Shown here in pieces: positions 1 to 11,985 of a DNA stretch of 64,000 nt (position 1 is its first letter; every line of letters starts with the position of its first letter). The position numbers were made by a program, and so were the translations under genes. The notes beneath the pieces were generated by a model. That model was not told the DNA's origin and ran no database searches. It saw only the letters and a program-made list of their open reading frames with translations. Origin of the DNA: Tubiluchus corallicola (lineage: Eukaryota > Animalia > Priapulida); assembly GCA_030141605.1 (NCBI GenBank), contig JAQGDQ010000071.1, forward strand, positions 58,821-122,820, in the 5' to 3' direction.

Positions 1-160
1 TCAGTGTAAGATGGATTCTTTTCAGCTTTCTTCCTGTTATATTTTTATAGTGTTAATGTGGTAATGCTAAAATGTCTGTTGCAGGAATTTGGGAAACCTC
101 TTGGGGCGGTGGGGGCGATGGCGGGGACGGCGAGGACGTTGGCGGGGTCGAGGTTTAACT

Positions 161-399
161 TTAGTTTTTTGAGTTTATTTTGTCTATTAGTTTTTTGAGG
201 TTGAAAGTGAAATCTACCAAAGCTTTGAAGGCGTCCAGAATCTTGCGAGAGGAGACTGGTAGACACATCTCCAGGTCATCTGTAGCGGATGCACAAGTGG
301 ACGGGACATCGAAAGTGGCACCGAATATGATTAGGATGTTGTTTCTATCCCAAGCAATAATGTCTCCAGGGGGGTTGAAACACGTCATGCTTATACTTT
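161..399 (-). CDS. Pentraxin-like gene terminal coding exon (SISMTCFNPPGDIIAW...INSKN*)
   Basis: Polypyrimidine tract plus TTTAG acceptor at 401-400, phase 1; contains ORF 161..388 and the C-x4-GDIIAW pentraxin C-terminal motif. Confidence 0.8.
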
Positions 400-498
400 C
401 TAAATGAAAAGGAAGACAAACTATTATTGCAAGAATTACAACGAAAATTCAAAATAATTAAACTCTAATTCATTATAATCGATGCAATTTTAAATGTG

Positions 499-543
<45 letters not shown>

Positions 544-3500
544 ATGCGTGAATGTGGTGCGTGTGCATGCGTGTGTGTGTGTGCATGTGCATGTGTGTGT
601 TTTCACAATGTAACTATGTTTACAACACACAAATGTATGTACATTTTAATCGTAAATCATTATTGAGTTATAGCAAAAATAATTAAACTTTATAAAAAAA
701 CAATAATTTTATAATGAAATAATTAAAATAAAAAGCTGCAAACAGGCTATTTATGTCTTGAAAAAACTGTAAACGAAGATCAAGTTTTGATTTTGGTTTG
801 AAATCTAAACTCTCCAGCCTAGGTTATCTTAATTTTGTATCTTACCTGTTTTTATGCATATATGAATGTCGAATGTTGTAAAAGTCTATAATACGTAGGA
901 TAGTGTGCTAGAGAGCACAAGATTTACCCCCGGTTTTAGACATCATACTTATAAATTACGTGGTTAGATCGCATAGATGATTGGTATTTGTTTGTTTGTT
1001 TGTATTGTTGCCAGTGTTGTTTGTTTACTATCTGAAAATTACGTAAACTATAATTGACGGTATTGTAAATAATTGTTTCTCAATTTATCACAGTTTAAAA
1101 CACGAGTATGTGCAATGACCCTGCATATAATGATGTATCGCTTTTTGCTTTTCGTACTCGCTTTTTCCGGTTTTGTTTAATAAAGAAAATCAAGGAAAAC
1201 GTTTAAATAAAAACAAAAGAACAAAGAAATAAAGAAAATTATTTAATTCAATATTAAGATGTTGCTTATTAGCGCAGACCATCGTTTCGTTTTCAATGCT
1301 AGAAATAAATAAAGATATAAATAAAAAGCCAGAACAAATAATAATAATCTTTACAATTTTCTTTACAAAAGAACCTCTTTTTAATTCTGACAACTTTAAT
1401 TTTCACTCTTGTGCTTGTGAAATGATATAATTTATTTTATGTCTTGAATAGTAGTGACATAAATTATAAATAAATATATATTTATTTTGATTGATTGATT
1501 GCTTGATCTATAGTGTGACTTCTTGTCAGGGAGAAAACTGGCTGGTATGAATGCGCCATGACAATGAGGACAAAATGGTGCAAGTAAATTCAATTTAATG
1601 TTTTATTACCTATCATATCAGTGGTTGCCTCTGTTGAAGATACAAAGAAGTCGGTCATTCGTCCGGCGTAATCAAGGATTAATAGAGAATCGATAGTAAT
1701 GTTACCTGTTAAAGCAGGCTCACTACCTACAAACCAGTAGGACCCATTAGTACAATTCAATTCAGTTTATTTACCCAGATACCGTCGTAGTACATGGGCA
1801 ATATACATAATAGTAACATAATAGTAACGTAACAAAATTCTATATTGTTAAAAAAACTTGCAAATCATTGAACGGTAAACTACACATTCAGAAATTGATA
1901 ATATAATCAGTGTTTCCACTACTGTGAGCAATAGTGCTGTACAATAAATGGAATTTACAAATAAAAATACAAGAGAGGCTGAAATTAATTACATAAGTAC
2001 ATAGATTTAAAACTTTTCATTTCATTTCTAACATTATCTGGCGATTTAACAAATTTACAATATTTACAAAATAGTTTTTTTGTAAAATACTAAACATATG
2101 AAATTGAAATTGGCACTTTATGCATGTTTTGTGTTGGTGACTTGAGTTTTTTGTATGCAGGGGTTTTTAGTTTGTTTATATGATGTAAATGTACAAGAGG
2201 TTTTCATCTGCCACTAGCAAAATTTTTTATATTGTCTTTACTTGATGTGTCTCCACATGCTAATGATTTATAGACTTTGTATTATTCTGTATGTACATGT
2301 ACGTATTGGCATTGTATATAATAAATCTAGTCTAATCTAATCTAAACTTGCTTTTCAAAAGATCTCTTTCAAATGAAGCTCACGTAGGTATTGTCTATTG
2401 TCATTATTAGGTATTGTCTATTGTCATAACTAGGTATTGTCTATTGTCATAACTAGGTATTGTCTATTGTCATAACTAGGTATTGACTATTGTCATAACT
2501 AGGTATTGTCTAGTGTCATAATTACGTATTGTCTATTGTCATAACTAGGTATTGACTATTGTCATAACTAGGTATTGTCTATTGTCATAATTAGGTATTG
2601 TCTATTGTCATAACTAGTTATTGTCTATTGTCATAACTAGGTATTGTCTATTGTCATAACTAGGTATTGTCTATTGTCATAATTAGGTATGATCTGTTGT
2701 CATAACTAGGTATTATCTATTGTCATAACTGGGCATTGTCTATTGTCATAACCAGGTATGGTCTACTGCCATGACTGGGCATTGTTTATTGTCATAACTG
2801 GGTATTGTCTATTGTCATAATTAGGTATTGTCTATTGTCTTAACAAGGTATGGTCTATTGTCATTACTGGGCATTGTCTATTGTCATAACTAGGCATGAT
2901 CTATTGTCGTTACTGGGCATTGTCTATTGTCATAACTAGGTATTGTCCATTGTCATAACGAGGTATGGTTTATTGTCATAACTAGGTAAGGTCTATTGTC
3001 ATAACCACGTTGTGTTAAAACATCGAATCTGTAATGTAGTTTCTAGTCTGTACGTTTGTCATATCGTAGTTAATAATAATCGCGTAGAAACTAGGTTAAT
3101 AGTCTTTCTAATGCACCACAAATAATTGTTTAATAACCTCATTACATAAGCAATCATTAATTCGCATTAGAGATGGGTGGGACAGAATCATAAACCTAGA
3201 GCATTGTAAAGTTTTGAAACGCCCACTGTATGCAGTTAACCAAAAACTGTTATTGTGTTACTGATGTAACTAAACTGCTTAATCATCTCATTGTAAATAT
3301 CGTCTAATTTTACTTGATATGTTTTAATCATCTGTTCCTAGATTTCTTCTTCGCCTTAACAATAGGGCCCAGTAGAAAGATGTAATACGAGCAATTTCGT
3401 GTTTATTTTGGGTAAGAAACGAACATTAGATGTTTGAACTTGGGGCAAAATTTCAGCACTAGCCTTGCTGTCTCGCACTTTTGATTAAATCATTTTCAAA

Positions 3501-4392
3501 AATCAGCAAGCAGCCGTTAAGGACGTCCGCCATATTGTCTAAACTGTGTTGTTTACTCATGCTCAAACATGTTGAAGAAATAGCACGCTCACTTGTTTTT
3601 TTCATCACTTACCTAAAAAGCCCCCATCTAAAAACACTTTCAGGTCTCCCCCGGATTTCCAAGTGATACACAAATTGTGCCAGATTTCGTCACTCAGTAG
3701 TTGACTTGTAAATCCAGTTATATTTCTGTAAATCATATAAATATTTATAAACAACTAGCCAAACCCCACAAAAGCTTTTTATGTATGAATATTCAGCGCG
3801 GTTTTTGCTTATAGGAAATAATAACAATAATAATAAAAACAACAACAACAACAACAATACTAATAATAATAATAATAGTAATAATAATAATAATATTAAT
3901 TCAGTTTGTCAGTTAATAAGCCAGTCAGTCTGGTGGCCAATCAGTTAGTCAGGTGGTCAGTCGGCTAGTCAGTCAGTCAGGTGGTCAGTCAGTCAGTCAG
4001 TCAATCAGTCAGTCAGTCACCCTCCTGAAAAACTTCTTTCACATGCGCATGCTCAGTTGTTTGATTTGCTTTCTGTAGCAGTGCTACATGTGAAATTTCC
4101 CAACGAGAGTCACGAGATGCTGGATCTACGCATGCGCTCAGCTACAACGTAAATTTACTTACATGGAAGTATCAGCTACACTGAAGGATAAATCACCGTT
4201 ATCGATTAATAGAACTGAGGAAGCTGTCGTAGCAACTATCACCTGGTCATCTGGTTGGGTAGCAGGATCAGGTTTCAACCACTACGAAAAACAAAACATT
4301 TGTGACTGTATCAAAAATTGTGGTAAGATTCTGATTCAGTGACATTAGATACTATAATAATGATAATTATAACGATAACGATAACGATAACG

Positions 4393-4475
<83 letters not shown>

Positions 4476-7400
4476 AAGAAGAAGAAGAAGAAATAATTAC
4501 TTTTGAGAGCTGATTTTAGCTTGATTGATATCTGGATCGCGGATTGACTTTTTTCTGATTTCAAACCTTATAATCGATTAAACTGATTCTGTATTTTTAT
4601 TACAGGAAATTAAAAACATTTATAGCCCAAAACAAAAAACTTTATTAAAATTTCGCATTAAAAAATTAAGATTATGCCATTCGTTTCGACTAGCTGCTGT
4701 AACCATCAGTGGTAAATTTACAAACGTACAACCAGTTTATATATGCAGAGAATATAATGCACTAATTAAGTAGGTAACAGAAGCCAAATAGGCAATAGTA
4801 AGGAAATTGATACAGCAAATTATGCACTAATTATGTATTTACAAAAGTCTATGTATTATACAAAGGTAATGAATAAACAGACCTGAACAAAAGAAATTGA
4901 TACAGTAACAAATAACTAGGTGTTTAAAGATGAACTTATAGGAATTGAACTCCTTTGTACATTTTTGAAGGCTCATTAGGGTATAAAGATGAACTTTCTT
5001 TTCTTAATAAGTTCCAGTTATTAGTATGTCTGTATTTGATAATTAAAAAACGTCTAACACATTTTCATCTCGAGAAATGAGATGCACAAAGATCTAAAAC
5101 ATTTTTGGCTGTTCATACTCACCATACACCAAGTGAATTCGGTTACAGGATCTGCAAAATTTGAGAAAAAATTTACAAAGGCGAGCGGAGTCGAGCTGAG
5201 GTCAAAACCTTCCGGACTCTCACAAGGTACAAGCTCTGCAAAAAAAGATATCGTTGAATAAATGTGAGAAAATCTCTTTTGATGAAATTTTAATTAATAA
5301 AATAATCATCTTGATAGTGCTAGTAAAAGTCACAGTTTATATTTTTCAGTATCATTTAATTATTATTTAATAATATTATGCTTATTAATGGATATTTGAA
5401 CCTCTCTATATAATGTTTACATATTCGGATCAATGCAGATTATATTTCGTATATATTAGAAAAATATGTAAAAATTTAAATAGGACATCTTTTGCAAAAG
5501 CTTGATTAGTGAACTCTCAACTTAGCATAGAAAAACCTATGTCTAAGCTACATTGCTTAGAGCAAAACCGGACCCAGTCTTCAAACGGCAGGTCAAAACA
5601 AACTACTCATTAAAATATTGAAATCAAACATACTATTTTTTCAAGAATGACATACACGAAAGAGTTGTTAACATATAAACACAATTTCACGTTCATTGCC
5701 ACAAGCTCTTCACTGGTACATGTATTTCGCCCTTAGTTAGTTAGATGGGCACTAGCCCCTGCATGTCAGAAATGCATTGCACAAAAAACGGGTGCTGAAC
5801 CTTCAAGTTCAGATGTGTGACGAACTACACATGTTCGACATCTCATGCATGAGCACAGCCGTTAATATGGAAATTGAATTTTTATCTTAAACCCTGCCTA
5901 GTTTTAGGGAAACACACTGAATATCTTACAGTAACACTGTACTTAAATTTTCTCTTTCACAAACATGTACAACACGCTCGTGGAATATTTTTGCTGTTGA
6001 AAACTATGTTAGTTTTTGATCTGACTAATAGTTGGGCTCGGCTGCCGTTTATTAAGATTGTAATCTATTATTCAATTATCAGAAACACTTTTGCAGTGCT
6101 AATTGTGTTAAAATCTAAACTTGTTATCGGACTTGAAAATTGGGTTGTATATGAAAGATCATGCTGTCTTCCTTTACTCCTCACAACATCTTAATCCACT
6201 ATTTTGATGCAGGTGGGGTACATCCCGCAGAGCTGTCCAGTACCTATCCAACCCACCTTTAATGAAGCAATTATACGCCTAGGCTGGCCTTGAACATCGA
6301 TTAGGTATGTAATGTATAGTTTCTACTATATATTTATAAAAAAATATAAGAATGTTGAAAAAAATTCAGAAATTGTTGAGGAAGGATCTCTAATTAAAAG
6401 ATTATTTTTCATATAGAACTAGACTCTGGTCCTGCCACAGCCATGATGTAATAAATAAGCCCCGCTGTTGAATGTTGAATAATTCACCTTTGATGATTTA
6501 AGGAAATCTCAACACATGGGCCCACTAATCACATGACTCTCCACAGGTCGTAGGGTACTTTTGTATAACAGACAACCCATTGACAAATGGCTCGCCCGAA
6601 TTGGAGTCATTAGAATTGTTGTACCACTGTTTAGCAGAAGCGTGCAATACAATTCGTTTACTACTATTATACAACGAAAGCATATCTTCTATTTTAGTCA
6701 GTTAGCACATAAATTTCTTTCTAATATGGGAGGAAACGCTTCATGGGGGGGGGGGGTGGTAGAAGGGAGTAGGTATCTTCCTCCCTCTCTCCCTCTCTCT
6801 AGTTGTCTGCAAAAAACAAAGTGGTAACTGTAATCAATTAGGGCCTGCCTCATTAAGATATTTTTTCTTACCGTTTTCTAAAACCTTTTCAGCTTCACGA
6901 ACCTTCGAAGCAAGGTTTGGAAACTTGACCGAGTATTGGCCATCAGTCGTCACCAAGGTCGCCAAAACTGCCAGAACCTGAAAAATTAACAATTTTTTAA
7001 GAAGCGAAAATTAACTAAAATAAATAAATTGAAATCGAAATAAATTATGATGTGATTATGCTATTACAAGTACAATTACACATTTTACAAAATATAGCTA
7101 CAAGAATTTCACTCATACATCATACATCAAATTGCATATTTTCTAGTAAATATTTTTTAAATGTTGCATTTATTTTAAATACTTGCTTGTTTTACTTTAC
7201 TGGGTAAATTTTTCCACATTTTAGCACAATTGTACATGACAGAATGTTTCATAATGTTGGTTCTGCACTTAGGGAAGTGGAATTTGTGGTATTATCGAGT
7301 TTGATATGAATTCATACTGCTATTATAATTGAAAAAAATGGTGATAAAATTTAGCAAAAAGATTATCAACATATTTGAACAAAATCGTGGCTACTCGTGT

Positions 7401-9391
7401 ATAAGTACTGTGGTACTGCAGCACCCCCTGTTTTCACTCAGTATTATCGAAAATATTTACTATAATATGTATTTTTTCCTTTAGTTCTTTTTTTATGCTT
7501 GTGGTGAACCGGAGCACGTGAGGGAAGAAAACTCTGCTTCACAGTACTGCGTCTAACAAAGTAACAGTTGCCATTAGCCTCCCGTGCACCGTCACATTCT
7601 TGCATATGATAAAGTGTAAACTTAGCGTGTTTGCTTAAAACATAAATTATTTACTAATGGACGCCTTGCATTCCCAAGAAATAAGTTCTGTGACTGTAAG
7701 TGAACTACAACCTGTAGCGGATAGCCCTATAGGCTGAATAGGCTGAAGCCTAAGGCCCGGGATCAAAAGGGGCCCGGCAAAATAAAACGAAAAAAAATAA
7801 ATTGACAAAAGAGCAAGGGGCCCGCCAAAATAAGATATAGAAAAAAGGTTTTTTTCAAAAGTCAGTCACTATATTTCAAATCGGGTTTACACAAATCAAG
7901 TTTACACAATTCACGTTTACACAGTTTAAGTTCAAAACTTCAGTTTCCGAATTTTTCTGGGGGCAAAGTCAGTTATAATTTCTGAAAAGTCCATTTTTTT
8001 CAACATATCTGACTCAATATGCATCAGTGATAAATTGTTTAATTTGTCATCCTTTACAAACGACGAGAGCTCCACAAAAACACGTCAGCTCAGCAGTGTA
8101 GCAACATTTAAAAGGCCCGTTCCAAGCTCAAGCCTAAGGCCCATAAAATCATAATCCGCCGCTGAAGTCTACAACAGCTTAATTTTTCAGTTGTGTCATG
8201 AGAAAGTTGCAGTTAAGAAAAGTGGCCATTCAACACCCGATATTCAAATATAAGTACAACATTAAAATTACATGTTTGTTACAGTATTTTACCCAGCTAC
8301 GAGCTACCATTAAGTATCTGCATATGTTTTACCCCGTATCTTAAAATCTTAAACAATTAATGAATGCGCACATTTAATGATTGTTTGAAAGAACATGACT
8401 TTTATACGAACACTTGTTTTTGATTATTGTCTGTGTGTGATGGAAAATAAATTAGTTTATAAATGAAATTTATTTACGTGAGATTGTATTACTGCGCGTT
8501 CAGACTAGCAAGTTTTCTCTCTGACAGCAAACTCACAAGCGTGTGAACTACTGTGTGAGTTACTGTTGGCAAGTTATTGCAAACTCTGCGACAGTTACTG
8601 TAAGTACACGCTTGTGAGTTACTAAACAAGTTACTTGGCATAAAAACTCACTAGCCTGAACCCTCTGTATCCTTAATAATGACTTTTTCATTTACGAAAG
8701 TACAAGACAAGTTAAATACGCAAACTAAATACAAACTATTTCAGTGTGAAAGTATAAAGGAACTTTACAAAAACCAAGCAACACTTTCTGCATGTTTTGC
8801 ATTTAATTATAATATCGATTTACATTATGATATAAAGAAATTTGTTTAATAATCCTGGAACGAGGTTTCGTTTGTCTAATCAAAATTCAAAACCACAAAA
8901 ATCGTAAACAAAATAAAAATTCAACGTCCAAAATTAACTTCAAATTTGACATCGTTAAATCAAGAACAAAATTTGCAAATTAATAACGAATCAACCTGTC
9001 ACACCCACGAAATTTGCCTAGTATATGTTACAACAAAATAGTCAGAATCCTTCATACGAACTCTAAATTGACTTTAAGGTGGCTCATTAACTAAACATAA
9101 ATTATGTTAGTCCAAATAAAGAAATAAACACTTTAAAATGACTGAAAATGAAAAAGAGAGGAGAAGAAAAAAGGGGAAAAGATAGCAAAAGACGAAAGAA
9201 CGAGTGCACGATGAATGAAATACATGATTGAGTGAGTGATTAAATTGAAAGAAACAACAAATTCACTGTGCAACATGCAAAACAAGTGTTATTTACATAA
9301 AGAATTTTTTTACTTATTGTACTATTCTTACTTAAAACAGATTTTATGTTATACTTACTAATATGGCTTGCATTATCAGAACGTCTGCCAT
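161..9391 (-). CDS. Secreted pentraxin/LamG-fold protein, 7 coding exons (9391-9359, 6977-6872, 5151-5123, 4281-4163, 3725-3613, 1726-1610, 399-161), 251 aa
   Basis: All six introns are GT-AG and phase-compatible (0,1,0,2,1,1). The exons sum to 756 nt = 251 aa + stop with no internal stop: MADVLIMQAILVLAVLATLVTTDGQYSVKFPNLASKVREAEKVLENDPVTEFTWCMWLKPDPATQPDDQVIVATTASSVLLIDNGDLSFSVADTSINITGFTSQLLSDEIWHNLCITWKSGGDLKVFLDGGFLGSEPALTGNITIDSLLILDYAGRMTDFFVSSTEATTDMIESISMTCFNPPGDIIAWDRNNILIIFGATFDVPSTCASATDDLEMCLPVSSRKILDAFKALVDFTFNLKKLIDKINSKN. It has a signal peptide, FTxCxWxK, a WHxxCxTWxS-like signature, VFLDG, and C-x4-GDIIAW, all typical of pentraxin domains. Confidence 0.85.
495..600. repeat. 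(TG)n microsatellite
   Basis: Direct read. Confidence 0.95.
1610..1726 (-). CDS. Pentraxin-like gene coding exon 6 (SEPALTGNITIDSLLILDYAGRMTDF...DMI)
   Basis: TTTGTAG acceptor, GTAATA donor, phase 1->1, open frame. Confidence 0.82.
2386..3005. repeat. 23-bp minisatellite (TAGGTATTGTCTATTGTCATAAC)n, ~27 copies, intronic
   Basis: Units start 23 bp apart (2408, 2431, ...). Confidence 0.95.
3613..3725 (-). CDS. Pentraxin-like gene coding exon 5 (NITGF...WHNLCITWKSGGDLKVFLDGGFL)
   Basis: TTTACAG acceptor, GTAAGT donor, phase 2->1; contains the pentraxin signature-like WHNLCITWKS. Confidence 0.88.
3818..4020. repeat. (AAT/AAC)n followed by (CAGT)n simple repeats
   Basis: Direct read. Confidence 0.9.
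4163..4281 (-). CDS. Pentraxin-like gene coding exon 4 (WLKPDP...SVADTS)
   Basis: TTTTTCGTAG acceptor, GTAAGT donor, phase 0->2, open frame. Confidence 0.82.
4354..4492. repeat. Compound (ACGATA)n/(AAT)n/(AAG)n microsatellite
   Basis: Direct read; explains ORF 4367..4564. Confidence 0.95.
5123..5151 (-). CDS. Pentraxin-like gene coding exon 3, 29-nt micro-exon (DPVTEFTWCM)
   Basis: TTTTGCAG acceptor, GTGAGT donor, phase 1->0; supplies the FTxC motif before WLKP. Confidence 0.8.
5530..6173 (+). mobile_element. Partial copy (right half) of the Kolobok/T2-MITE-like non-autonomous family
   Basis: Shares sequence with 14200-14957, 17590-19050, 38875-39235, 43670-44165 and (inverted) 10207-10798; ends ...TGTCTTCCT-TTAC. 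Confidence 0.6.
6872..6977 (-). CDS. Pentraxin-like gene coding exon 2 (VLAVLATLVTTDGQYSVKFP...EKVLEN)
   Basis: TTTTTCAG acceptor, GTAAGA donor, open in phase 0->1. Confidence 0.8.
7120..7400 (-). mobile_element. CR1/L2-group LINE ORF2 3' remnant
   Basis: Minus strand reads PKCRTNIMKHSVMYNCAKMWKNLPSKVKQAS, resembling the L2/CR1 C-terminal '...WNxLP..IK' motif. Confidence 0.5.
7712..8164. mobile_element. MITE (hAT-like termini)
   Basis: Imperfect terminal inverted repeats CTGTAGCGGAT...ATCCGCCGCTG; AAGCCTAAGGCCC near both ends; TSD not clean. Confidence 0.55.
8496..8663. mobile_element. Small palindromic MITE (Harbinger-like termini)
   Basis: GCGTTCAGACTAG...CTAGCCTGAACCC inverted ends; internal inverted AACTCACAAGCGTGT / ACACGCTTGTGAGTT. 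Confidence 0.55.
9359..9391 (-). CDS. Pentraxin-like gene coding exon 1 (MADVLIMQAIL)
   Basis: ATG at 9391, 11 codons, then a GTAAGT donor (phase 0); joins exon 2 to form a continuous hydrophobic signal peptide. Confidence 0.75.
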
Positions 9392-10206
9392 TGTACACTT
9401 TAATGTAAACAATTATTTAATATTAACAAAAACAGTATATTAATATTAACAACTATTACTAAATATTTAAAGACACGCGTGTACGTGGCACAAATAGTAA
9501 CTAAATAATACCGCAACGTCTTAAATAGCCAATTTCAGTGCTTAGTGGCCAGATGATCGTCCTACTGAGTCCGTAGACATAGAAAATTTTTGCGACACAT
9601 TGGATAACTAGGTTTACTTACTGATTGCGTTCTTCATTGCAGAACTGTTGTAATTAGTGGGATTTGCTTGGTTCTGTGACAGGAGTGGAATGTTTTACTG
9701 GACGTAAAACAGTTTAAAAGAAAACACGATTTTTTTCCCCAGGGCAAAGCTGTTTGACGTGTATAGACCACAAATCTATTTTTGTTCTACTTACAAAATT
9801 GGTCACCTGTCTATCACACAAACTAGTCCACGTTTTCACCAGCTTCCACTTTTCATTATCTGCTAAAAGTGATTAATTAAAATGTCTTCATGTTCTAGAA
9901 AATTGCGAACAAATGCAACCAGTAGCAGCAGTAGTAGTAACTGTTTGTTAAATTTTCTTTTGATCTTTTTCATTTATTATTGTTCGGTTTTCAGAGCTTG
10001 TTGTTGATTATTTAAATATTAAGTCACGTGATAGTCATTTATTTGTTACAATGTAATTTACATGAAAATCAGAAATCCTTGCTATGAAAAACAATCATAA
10101 AAATAATGCAATTAAAATCTTTATTTCTTTTACATTCAGTTTGTGGGCTGAGATTTTCAACTGTCACCGTCTTACCTTGTTAATTTTAAATCACCTTACA
10201 ATTTAA

Positions 10207-10798
10207 AGGAAGACAGGGTGATTTTTCATCATTTTCAAGTCTGATACATTTTAACACCAATAATACTGGAAAAGCGTTTCTAATAGATTAAAATCTGAAT
10301 TTACGGTGGGCGCGCCCAACTTTTTATCACATCACAAACTAACATAATTTTCAAGAGCAAAAATATTCCACGAGTGTGTTGCACGTTTTTGCCAAAGTAA
10401 AAGTTGAATTTATTTGCTACAGTAAGATATTCAGTGTGTGGTACCAAAACTAAGTTTTAAGATCAAAATTGAAGTTTCAAATTTATCACTGTGTTCACGC
10501 ATGAGCTGCCCAACGTGTGCAGTACGTCTCAAACTAACACATCTGCATTGAGAGGTACACTTTTGCAATGCGTTTCCGAAATGCAGGCGCTAGTGCCCGT
10601 CTAACTAGCAAATGGGAAAATGCTTGTAACAGCGAAGAACTAGTGACGTAAACGTGAAATTGCGTTTGTGCGACAATAATTCTTTCACGTAAGGCATTTT
10701 TGAAAAAAATAATTTATTTTCTTTCCATATTTTAAAGAGTAGATAGTTTTGACATACAGTTTAAGTTTGGCTCCGGTTTTGCTTTTAAGGAAACTAGT
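10207..10798 (-). mobile_element. Inverted partial copy of the Kolobok/T2-MITE-like family
   Basis: Begins TTAA|AGGAAGACAGG, the reverse complement of the family's right end; body is the reverse complement of 5530-6173. Confidence 0.65.
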
Positions 10799-11761
10799 TC
10801 AAATCTAACAGTAAACAATTTTTACAGACTTTAAACATTATAATTACAGCCCCCCCTCCACGAATGTGGTGCCGAAAGAGTTTAATTTTTTTTATTATGG
10901 CAATAGTCGGATTTGTTTGCTTGAAAATTGTTCAAGATAACCGTGTCTTGACTGCATTACCGTATTAATAAGTTGATTTTTACCTTTCTCAATTTACCGC
11001 TGAATAGAGTAGTCTATTCGTAAGTTGACGTGCTATATATATATATATTTGCTTTCTTCTCTTGAGCATGGAGAGGTTCATTTTTTGACGCGTTTACAAC
11101 CCTGCAGGCATTAGCGGTATTTAGGTAAAAACGTTCAACGAAAATAAGGCTATAGAAACTTGGATATTACGAGCATATAATTTGACATAGTAAAATACTG
11201 ACACGGTTTCAACATTGTTGTCATTGACGGTATTTAGTTATTGAGTTCATATAAAACTTTTACTCTAATATTTACGTGTTTCTGCTTCGTCAAACTACCT
11301 GTCAACTTGTCTGAATATTTAAAGTAAAAGTCAAGTTTCTCAGGATGTTGAATTTATCTTCATATGTTAGAAAGCTTCAGCAATAAAATTTTGATAAGCA
11401 TCTCGTGTAATCAATTTAGTAAAATCAATTTAAAGTCGTGATTCTTTACGCTAGGGGGCGTTGATTTTAGATAAAAAATGACGTCATCATGTTTCCATGC
11501 AATATAAACATTTAACCAGGTGCTTCAGAATCTTTTTTTAACTTGCAGAGCGAATTCTATAAACTAAGTAATCAGCCCGGTACATACTATGTGCTGGCAA
11601 GTTTACATACGTATCTAAAAGTCTACAAAACTCTGTAAATTAATTATTTACACAATTAATTTTAATTACTTACAGATTTTCAAGTGCAGTCCTGTAGATT
11701 GATGCAAAGTAACCAGTTTAAATTTGATCATAATTGATCGAATGACTAATTTCTGGATAAA

Positions 11762-11985
11762 TACAGTTAAATACAACATTAGAATAGCTAAACTTGTGAG
11801 TGAACTGTAGAAATTCCTCAACGTCAACCTTCATCACAGCTTGCCTTCAGGGCATTCACGCTGCGCACCAGACACCAGCTTACGTCACAGTTAAATACAC
11901 CATTAGAATAACTAAACTTCTGAGTGAACTGTGGAAATTCCTCAACGCATCACAGCTTGCCTTCAGGGCATTCACGCTGCCCAGC
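11762..11985. repeat. Tandem duplication of ~125 bp
   Basis: ACAGTTAAATACA...CATCACAGCTTGCCTTCAGGGCATTCACGCTGC occurs twice. Confidence 0.85.

Noticed and set aside
180-407. Plus-strand ORF 180..407 (and 3481..3666)
   Set aside because: Antisense shadows of the pentraxin exons.
2386-3005. 23-bp repeat array as CRISPR or coding repeat
   Set aside because: Units are contiguous without spacers, the length is not a multiple of 3, and the array is intronic.
3613-3725. Suspected frameshift in pentraxin exon 5
   Set aside because: Recounting gives 113 nt in phase 2->1, fully in frame.
5874-6194. Similar ORFs at 5874, 14402, 38937 and 43770 suggesting a gene family
   Set aside because: All lie within copies of the non-coding Kolobok-like repeat, and their starts and stops are not conserved.
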